Source: Candidatus Omnitrophota bacterium
GTDB lineage: Bacteria > Omnitrophota > Gorgyraeia > 2-01-FULL-45-10
Assembly: GCA_903843285.1 (NCBI GenBank)
Contig: CAIMPC010000007.1
Coordinates: forward strand, 92,730-156,729
Length of the DNA stretch: 64,000 nucleotides
Reading direction: 5' to 3'
The translations under genes were made by a program, and so were the position numbers. The notes below the pieces were generated by a model. It had not been told where the DNA came from. It did not search any database and saw only the letters and a list, made by a program, of their open reading frames with translations. Of this stretch, positions 57,997-64,000 are shown in pieces. Numbering within the stretch: the stretch's first letter is position 1; each line of letters opens with the position of its first letter.

Positions 57997-58025
57997 CATA
58001 TAATGCAGCCGTTGCTTACCTTCCG

Positions 58026-58053
58026 ATGTGAACACCCAATGCGAACACCCAAT
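58026..58053 (+). repeat. 13-bp tandem direct repeat just upstream of a promoter
   Basis: ATGTGAACACCCA ATGCGAACACCCA AT (12/13 identical). Confidence 0.6.
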
Positions 58054-58058
58054 ATACG

Positions 58059-58087
58059 TTGCTTTTCCAATTTGGCTATGTTAAAAT
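58059..58087 (+). promoter_or_regulatory. sigma70-like promoter with extended -10
   Basis: TTGCTT (58059-58064), 17-bp spacer, TG-n-TAAAAT (58079-58087). Confidence 0.6.
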
Positions 58088-58166
58088 CTGTGCAAATAAT
58101 ATATCGAAGATGGTATGCTCATAAACAAGTGTGTATTTTAGTAGCTTAAGGGAATATATTTAAAAT

Positions 58167-59609
58167 ATGAAAATTTTATTCATTCTAAAAGAATCTGTGA
58201 TGAATGAGCGGCTAGGCATAATGTGTTTAAGCGCCTCGCTAAAAGCTCAAGGCTTTAAGACGAGGCTTGCAATATGCGATACTTTAGGTATTAAAAAAAT
58301 CAAGGAATTGATAAACGAATATAAGCCGGAAGTCGTAGGGTATAGCGTAATGACCGGTGAACATATTAAATTGTTAGAGGTCAATAGGATCCTTAAGAAA
58401 GAATTTAAATTTATTTCGGTGTTTGGCGGTCCCCATGCAACTTTTTTTCCGGATTTAATTAATGAAGATGGTGTAGACGCAATTTGCGTAGGTGAGGGTG
58501 ATGTGGCGTTTACGGAATTCTGTAAAAGAGTCTCAGAGGGCAAAGACTTTTGGAGTGCGCCAAATTTTTTAGTTAAACATGGTGGGAAAGTTATTGAGAA
58601 CGAGGTCCTGCCATTGGTTGAAAATTTAGATACCCTGCCGCTTCCTGACAGGGATATCATGTATCGGGCGGATCGCGCTCTATATAATGGGGGCGGCAAG
58701 ATATTTACTTCATCTCGAGGATGTCCTTATCATTGTACATATTGTTTTAACAGCAAGTATAATGATCTGTATAAAAATAAGGGCTCGGTGGTGCGTTATC
58801 GTTCTCCCGAGAACTTAATTGCCGAGATCTGTGCCGTTATAGAGAACTATCCGGTTAATGTAGTTTCGATAGTTGACGATACTTTTATAGCAAAGCCAAA
58901 AGAATGGTTTGTTCGATTTGTAAAACTTTATAAAGAAAAGGTAAAACCGCCGTTCAGTATTAATGTACGGGCTAATCTGGTAAATGAGGAGATCATCTCC
59001 CTGCTGAAAGATGGCGGCCTGACTTCAGCATTGATCGGGATAGAATGCGGCAACCAAGAAATAGCCAACTCCGTCCTGAAGCGCAATCTTACTAACGAAC
59101 AGATTATTAATGCATGCAGTATTATAAAAAAATATAATATAAAACTCATGACTCTGAGTCTCATAGGCCTTCCGGTGCAAGACAGTTATTCGGTTGATCT
59201 GGAAACGCTCGACCTGAATATTAAAATTAAACCTACATTTGCGTTGTCTTCAATCCTCTATCCTTATCCGGGTACGCCTATCGAATCTTACGCGAGAGAT
59301 AATGGCTTATTATCAGAAAAGACACCTATTCTAGAGACGAATAAACGCGCTTCAGTGTTTAAATTTTCTGACACGGAAAAGAAAAAAATTACTAATCTTC
59401 ATAAATTGTTCGGCTTGATCGTGCGTTTACCGTTTCTTCGGAAATACACTGATTTTTTATGCGTCCTGCCATTAACTTTTCTATATGTCATGCTCTTCTA
59501 TTTTTGGTACGGATATAATATGAAGTTTATATTTTACCCTTTCCTTTCCCTTAGAAAAGAATTTTTCCATTATGTGTCTTTGTGGTATAGATTTCTTTGG
59601 AAGACGTAG
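58167..59609 (+). CDS. Cobalamin-binding radical SAM protein (8 of 8)
   Basis: GGPHAT, GEGD, SRGCPYHCTYC, GIECG, YPYPGT. Confidence 0.92.
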   Translation: MKILFILKESVMNERLGIMCLSASLKAQGFKTRLAICDTLGIKKIKELINEYKPEVVGYSVMTGEHIKLLEVNRILKKEFKFISVFGGPHATFFPDLINEDGVDAICVGEGDVAFTEFCKRVSEGKDFWSAPNFLVKHGGKVIENEVLPLVENLDTLPLPDRDIMYRADRALYNGGGKIFTSSRGCPYHCTYCFNSKYNDLYKNKGSVVRYRSPENLIAEICAVIENYPVNVVSIVDDTFIAKPKEWFVRFVKLYKEKVKPPFSINVRANLVNEEIISLLKDGGLTSALIGIECGNQEIANSVLKRNLTNEQIINACSIIKKYNIKLMTLSLIGLPVQDSYSVDLETLDLNIKIKPTFALSSILYPYPGTPIESYARDNGLLSEKTPILETNKRASVFKFSDTEKKKITNLHKLFGLIVRLPFLRKYTDFLCVLPLTFLYVMLFYFWYGYNMKFIFYPFLSLRKEFFHYVSLWYRFLWKT

Positions 59610-59620
59610 GTATCCTCAGG

Positions 59621-59802
59621 TCACCCTCGCAGATTCCTGTCCAGGCTTCTGCATGAGATGGCCTCAGAGATATGATGCGGTTGTGTAACTTTTTTTTGAC
59701 CAGATCCGCGATCGTGCGTGATATTTTCAGCAGTTTATCGCATAGCGCCAAGATGCCCAGCTCTAAGATCGCAAGTTCAAGTAACTACCCGCTATCTTTA
59801 TC
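59621..59802 (-). pseudogene. comM: Decayed 3' fragment of comM/yifB (Mg-chelatase-related AAA+ ATPase)
   Basis: The minus strand reads DKDSG*LLELAILELGILALCDKLLKISRTIADL, then after a frameshift in an A-run VTQPHHISEAISCRSLDRNLRG*. This matches the YifB/ComM C-terminal pattern LS.RAY..ILKVARTIADL...H..EA..YR.LDR. Confidence 0.78.
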
Positions 59803-59883
59803 TTTTATATTATTAACAAACGAAGTAGGTGGTTCTCGAGATTAATATTAGAACGGTTATATAAATGGCCACGGAGTAAAGCT

Positions 59884-60750
59884 ATGGTAAAGAAAATATT
59901 AATGACTATTGTGATCCTGATCTCTATGCTATTACTAGTCGAGATTGCCGCCAGAGTTAAGTTATCACTGCAAACAAACAATTATAGATACCTTATCTAC
60001 TATGCGGGCATGGTCAAAACTCAGCCCGTTAATGATATTAAACATTGGTTACAGCCGATCAGGTTCAAAAAAGGTGATAATAAAAATAGAAAAGTAATAA
60101 TGATCGGTACTTCTGTTATAGCGAGAATCTCAGATGACTTGAAAGCTTTGCTGATAAAAGATGGATGGCACGAATTCAACTCAATCGGCGCTAAGCAGCA
60201 ATCGATTGAAGTCGAATACGGAGACAATTCAGTAATAATTATGGAAACTATGATTTTGCCGGCAATATATAATGATTTCTTTGGTATTAGAAACGGCATT
60301 AAAAAGTTTTTAGGGACGCCATTATATACAAACCTATATCAAAACTCGGTATTTTTTTTAATACTAAGTGAAAAAATGACCGGTGCAGTTTCTTTTTCTG
60401 CAAAATCTAAGCAGGAATTTATCGAAGAGAGCTTGCCTGTATATGAAGAAACTTTTAAGAATATTCAGAAATCAGATGCAAAGATCCTTCTTGTGAACTT
60501 TCCAAATCGTTTTTTGGAAAATGGGCAAAAAGCTTTTGGAGTACATTGCGGGGAAGTCGCAGATATGGCAACAACTGCGCTGCGTACCCTGGTCGACAAA
60601 TATTCAATTCCCTACCTGGATATATACACTTTATATAACAAAAATTTCGGCCGGGAAGATTATGAGGACGATTTTCACTTAAATAAAAACGGGGCTAAAA
60701 AAGCGGCTATTTATATACGTGAAGCGCTCAAAGCCATTACCAAAAATTAA
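59884..60750 (+). CDS. Membrane-anchored SGNH-hydrolase-like protein (O-acyltransferase partner)
   Basis: N-terminal TM (LLLVEIAAR), MIGTSV block I variant, DDFHLNKNG (DxxH). Adjacent to MBOAT. Confidence 0.65.
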   Translation: MVKKILMTIVILISMLLLVEIAARVKLSLQTNNYRYLIYYAGMVKTQPVNDIKHWLQPIRFKKGDNKNRKVIMIGTSVIARISDDLKALLIKDGWHEFNSIGAKQQSIEVEYGDNSVIIMETMILPAIYNDFFGIRNGIKKFLGTPLYTNLYQNSVFFLILSEKMTGAVSFSAKSKQEFIEESLPVYEETFKNIQKSDAKILLVNFPNRFLENGQKAFGVHCGEVADMATTALRTLVDKYSIPYLDIYTLYNKNFGREDYEDDFHLNKNGAKKAAIYIREALKAITKN

Positions 60751-60752
60751 GC

Positions 60753-62141
60753 ATGTTATTTAACTCCCTTACATTTGCGGTTTTTTTTATTATTGTTCTA
60801 ACGCTTTATAATGCGCTGAGCAAATATTATAAGTTACAAAATTATTTGTTGCTCATAGCCAGTTATATTTTTTACGGATGCTGGAACTGGAAATTTTTAT
60901 TTCTTATATCTTTTTCAATTATTTTTGATTATTTTGCTGCCGTATTTATAGATTCTGAAAAACTGCCGGCTAAACGAAAGCTTTTCCTCGCCCTAAGTAT
61001 TCTTGTAAATTTAGGGCTGCTTGGTTTTTTTAAATATTATAATTTCTTTACACAAAGCTTTGTCACCCTGCTGCAAAACATAGGACTAAGCTCTAATTTC
61101 GACACATTGAACATCCTGCTTCCGATCGGTATTTCATTCTATACATTTCATTCTTTAAATTACGTTATCGACGTATATCGTGGCAAGATAAAACCGGCCA
61201 ATTCGATATTTGAGTATGCTCTTTTCGTCTCTTTCTTCCCGCAGCTTGTGGCTGGCCCTATATTACGGGCGGCTGACTTACTGCCTCAATTTCAAAAGCC
61301 AAGAGTTGTAAGCCGGTATGATTATAATCTGGGATTCTGGCTGATAATATGGGGCCTTTTTAAGAAAATTGTGATAGCCGATAATTGTGCGATAATAGCA
61401 GATGCGATATTTAAAAAAGGTGCTGTGGCCGGCGGCGGGGATATCATTATCGGCACATTACTGTTTACTTTCCAGATCTACTGCGACTTCTCCGGATATT
61501 CGGATATGGCAATAGGCCTTGGCCGTTTAATGGGATTTAAGATAGATATTAATTTTAACTTACCCTATCTTGCTCGTAATATATCCGAATTCTGGCAAAG
61601 ATGGCACATAAGCTTATCTACCTGGCTCAGGGATTATTTATATATACCGCTGGGAGGGAACCGGAACGGTAATCATAATACATACTGCAATCTTATGATT
61701 ACAATGTTATTGGGCGGCCTTTGGCATGGCGCAAACTGGACTTTTGTTATATGGGGAGGTTATCATGGCCTTGCGCTTGTCGGTCATCGTATCGCCGAGA
61801 ATAAGATAAGAGTTTGGGCGCCGATAGGTGTAGTGGCCACGTTTTGTTTGGTAAGTTTCGGTTGGCTGATTTTTAGGGCCGAATCGTTCGCTCACCTGAA
61901 AGAAATGATGTCCGTGATTTCTAATGGGTTTTTGATCAAAAGGGCCTACCCGGGCATAAACGAGTTATTATTCTATATAGTGTTTCTGATCGTTTTTCAG
62001 GTAATACAGTATAAGAAAAAAAATTTGTATTTTATCGCCGAAACAGGTAATTTTAAAATATTTTTTTATTCGCTTATCGTAATATTCATTTTTTTAAGTG
62101 GTAATTTCACCGCGCATCAGTTCATATATTTTCAGTTTTGA
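60753..62141 (+). CDS. MBOAT O-acyltransferase (AlgI/PatA-like)
   Basis: MLFNS, LPIGISFYTF, FFPQLVAGPI, QIYCDFSGYSDMAIG, FWQRWHISLS, GLWHGA, FIYFQF. Confidence 0.93.
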   Translation: MLFNSLTFAVFFIIVLTLYNALSKYYKLQNYLLLIASYIFYGCWNWKFLFLISFSIIFDYFAAVFIDSEKLPAKRKLFLALSILVNLGLLGFFKYYNFFTQSFVTLLQNIGLSSNFDTLNILLPIGISFYTFHSLNYVIDVYRGKIKPANSIFEYALFVSFFPQLVAGPILRAADLLPQFQKPRVVSRYDYNLGFWLIIWGLFKKIVIADNCAIIADAIFKKGAVAGGGDIIIGTLLFTFQIYCDFSGYSDMAIGLGRLMGFKIDINFNLPYLARNISEFWQRWHISLSTWLRDYLYIPLGGNRNGNHNTYCNLMITMLLGGLWHGANWTFVIWGGYHGLALVGHRIAENKIRVWAPIGVVATFCLVSFGWLIFRAESFAHLKEMMSVISNGFLIKRAYPGINELLFYIVFLIVFQVIQYKKKNLYFIAETGNFKIFFYSLIVIFIFLSGNFTAHQFIYFQF

Positions 62142-62199
62142 TCTTAGCAAGCTCGATATGCAGTAGGACTGTTCCTTACGCAGAACCCCCCTTATAGTC

Positions 62200-62228
62200 T
62201 TGCATATAACCTATCATTATAATATAAT
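62200..62228 (+). promoter_or_regulatory. sigma70-like promoter
   Basis: TTGCAT (62200-62205), 17-bp spacer, TATAAT (62223-62228). Confidence 0.65.
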
Positions 62229-62243
62229 TGGTACCTTATAATT

Positions 62244-63062
62244 ATGGATACTGTTAAAGACACTAAAGATACATATAGTCTGCTCTGGAGAGAGAGTGGT
62301 GCTTCCATTCCTCAAAGATGGCATTATAATGCCATGCAGGAGGTCATTCCTGAGTCTATCGTGCGGGGCAGAATTGGCATAGAGATCGGTTCGGGATGCG
62401 GATATGATACTTACATAATGGCAAAGGGAAATCCCTCCGTAAGGTTCATAAGCATCGATATAAGCGATGGTATTTTCAATACAGGCCGGATCACTAAGGG
62501 CCTGGGTAATGTAATGGCCATGAAGTGCTCTGCGCTTGAAATAGCTGTCAAGTCGTCCACTCTCGACTTTGCCTATTCATTCGGGGTGCTGCACCACACT
62601 CCGGACCCGAAAAAAGGGTTGATGGAGATTTCGAGAGTCTTAAAAAAAGGATCTCCCGCGTTTATTTATCTGTACGAAGACCATTCCGAGAATGCGATAA
62701 AACACGTTTCGCTGAAACTCGTAACCGGTGTAAGGCGGGTCACCACTTGTATGCCAAAAAAAGTCCTTTTTGCCCTTTCGTGGGCGCTCTCGCCGCTCGT
62801 TTATGTCGTCTTTACGTTGCCGTCGAAGGTAATGAAGAATTTTAAGGCTACAAAGAATATCGCGTCAAATATGCCGTTTAATTTTGGAACAGGCCCTTTT
62901 TCCTTAACCGGGGATCTCTATGACAGGTTTGGAGCCCCGGTCGAATACAGGTTCAGCAGAAAAGATATGAGCGACCTGTTTATCGAATGTGGTTTTTCCG
63001 ATATTCATATCACCAGGCTGCATGACACGGCGGGCTGGGTAGCATGGGGACGTAAAATCTGA
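62244..63062 (+). CDS. Class I SAM-dependent methyltransferase
   Basis: IEIGSGCG, SIDIS, FGVLHHTPDP, RVLKKG. Confidence 0.88.
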   Translation: MDTVKDTKDTYSLLWRESGASIPQRWHYNAMQEVIPESIVRGRIGIEIGSGCGYDTYIMAKGNPSVRFISIDISDGIFNTGRITKGLGNVMAMKCSALEIAVKSSTLDFAYSFGVLHHTPDPKKGLMEISRVLKKGSPAFIYLYEDHSENAIKHVSLKLVTGVRRVTTCMPKKVLFALSWALSPLVYVVFTLPSKVMKNFKATKNIASNMPFNFGTGPFSLTGDLYDRFGAPVEYRFSRKDMSDLFIECGFSDIHITRLHDTAGWVAWGRKI

Positions 63063-64000
63063 TGCTTAAAAATGAAAATATAATATGTATCTCCTCCATA
63101 GACTGGGACTTTATATGGCAGGGCCATCAGGAGATCATGTCGGCGTTTGCGAAGAACGGCAACAGGGTGCTCTTTATAGAGAACACCGGAGTCAGGACCC
63201 CGAAGCTACGCGATGTCGGCAGGCTTAAGAAACGGATCTCGAACTGGCTTAAGAGTACTAAGGGTTTCAGGAAAGAGTCCGAGAATCTTTTCGTGTATTC
63301 GCCGGTTGTGCTGCCTTTTCCGTATTCAAAGATCGCCTGCTGGATTAACAGGCGATTGCTGATAGAGCCTTTGAAACGTTGGATGAAGGCCATGTCCTTC
63401 CATGACCCCATAATATGGACTTTTCTCCCGACCAATATCGCTCTCGACATAATAAATGAATTTGACGACAGGAGGCTTCTGGTATATTACGATATCGCCG
63501 ATTTTGACGTGTTGACCGATAATCCCAGGAAGCTGCGGGAGATGGAAGACCTGTTGATTAAAAAATGCGATCTTATATTCGCGCAAGGCGAGGCAATAGC
63601 CGATAAATGCAAAAAATTGAATTCAAATGTGCATATATTCCCTTTCGGTGTTAACATAAAAGTATTTGATGATTTCTTATCGAGCGCTAAAAAAGAAGAT
63701 CCTCCGGACATCTCAGGTTTTAAGCGGCCAATAATCGGGTACGTGGGAGGGATACATAAACACGTCGATCTGCCGCTGATAGGTTATATAGCCAAATGCC
63801 ATCCCGAATGGTCAGTCGTATTGGTCGGGCCTAAGCAGGTGGATACCAGAGAGCTGGATGTGATACCTAACGTATTTGCCCTGGGAAAGAAAGAATTTGG
63901 AGATCTGCCAGCATACATAAACCAATTTGACGTTTGCACTATACCGTATCTGGTATCCGATTATACCAAGACTGTTTACCCGACCAAACTTAACGAGTAT
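63062..64000 (+). CDS. Glycosyltransferase (GT4/TuaH-like), truncated by window edge
   Basis: Not in the ORF track because it has no stop in the window. ATG overlaps the upstream TGA. Reads MLKNENIICISSIDWDFIWQGHQEIM...IIGYVGGI...VLVGP...FDVCTIPY...YPTKLNEY. Confidence 0.85.
   Translation, partial: MLKNENIICISSIDWDFIWQGHQEIMSAFAKNGNRVLFIENTGVRTPKLRDVGRLKKRISNWLKSTKGFRKESENLFVYSPVVLPFPYSKIACWINRRLLIEPLKRWMKAMSFHDPIIWTFLPTNIALDIINEFDDRRLLVYYDIADFDVLTDNPRKLREMEDLLIKKCDLIFAQGEAIADKCKKLNSNVHIFPFGVNIKVFDDFLSSAKKEDPPDISGFKRPIIGYVGGIHKHVDLPLIGYIAKCHPEWSVVLVGPKQVDTRELDVIPNVFALGKKEFGDLPAYINQFDVCTIPYLVSDYTKTVYPTKLNEY

Noticed and set aside
59551-59751. 66-aa minus-strand ORF as a real gene
   Set aside because: It is a chimeric reading of the frameshifted comM remnant, preceded by an in-frame stop.
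1537-63711. Numerous 60-212 aa minus-strand and alternate-frame ORFs (e.g. 20325-20924, 42494-43132, 38623-39150)
   Set aside because: They lie within well-supported + strand genes and show no recognisable motifs, so they are shadow ORFs.
1-64000. Secreted antibiotic (aminoglycoside-like) cluster interpretation; also tRNA, rRNA, CRISPR and IS elements
   Set aside because: CMP-ulosonate synthetases, GT9, a PglK-like flippase and MBOAT point to a cell-surface glycan. No RNA genes, repeat-spacer arrays or transposase motifs were seen by eye.

Overview
A 64-kb stretch of a very large surface-glycan biosynthesis locus. All of the ~55 credible genes lie on the + strand and the locus runs off both ends of the window. 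It encodes an exceptional amount of radical chemistry for a glycan locus: 8 cobalamin-binding radical SAM enzymes, 4 other radical SAM/SPASM enzymes and 6 SAM methyltransferases. The sugar pathways are a GDP-heptose-type deoxy/branched-sugar module (HddA/HddC-like, 4,6-dehydratase, His-type PLP 3-dehydratase, orphan E1 alpha/beta, split transketolase) and three parallel keto-acid (ulosonate) sugar modules (NeuB/NeuC/NeuA; short NeuB/NeuA; aldolase-fusion/KdsB/HAD). Also present are an amidotransferase-HisF-HisH amidino-forming trio, GT2 plus polytopic GT-C-like pairs, an ABC flippase and an SGNH/MBOAT O-acylation cassette. Non-coding signals read directly from the sequence are five sigma70-like promoters and a 24-bp palindromic operator present twice (before the first sub-operon and before a GbsR/MarR-type regulator). 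There is also a decayed comM/yifB 3' fragment on the - strand and a kdsB whose start codon appears non-canonical. No rRNA, tRNA, CRISPR array or transposase was recognised. All product calls come from motif recognition by eye, not from database searches.
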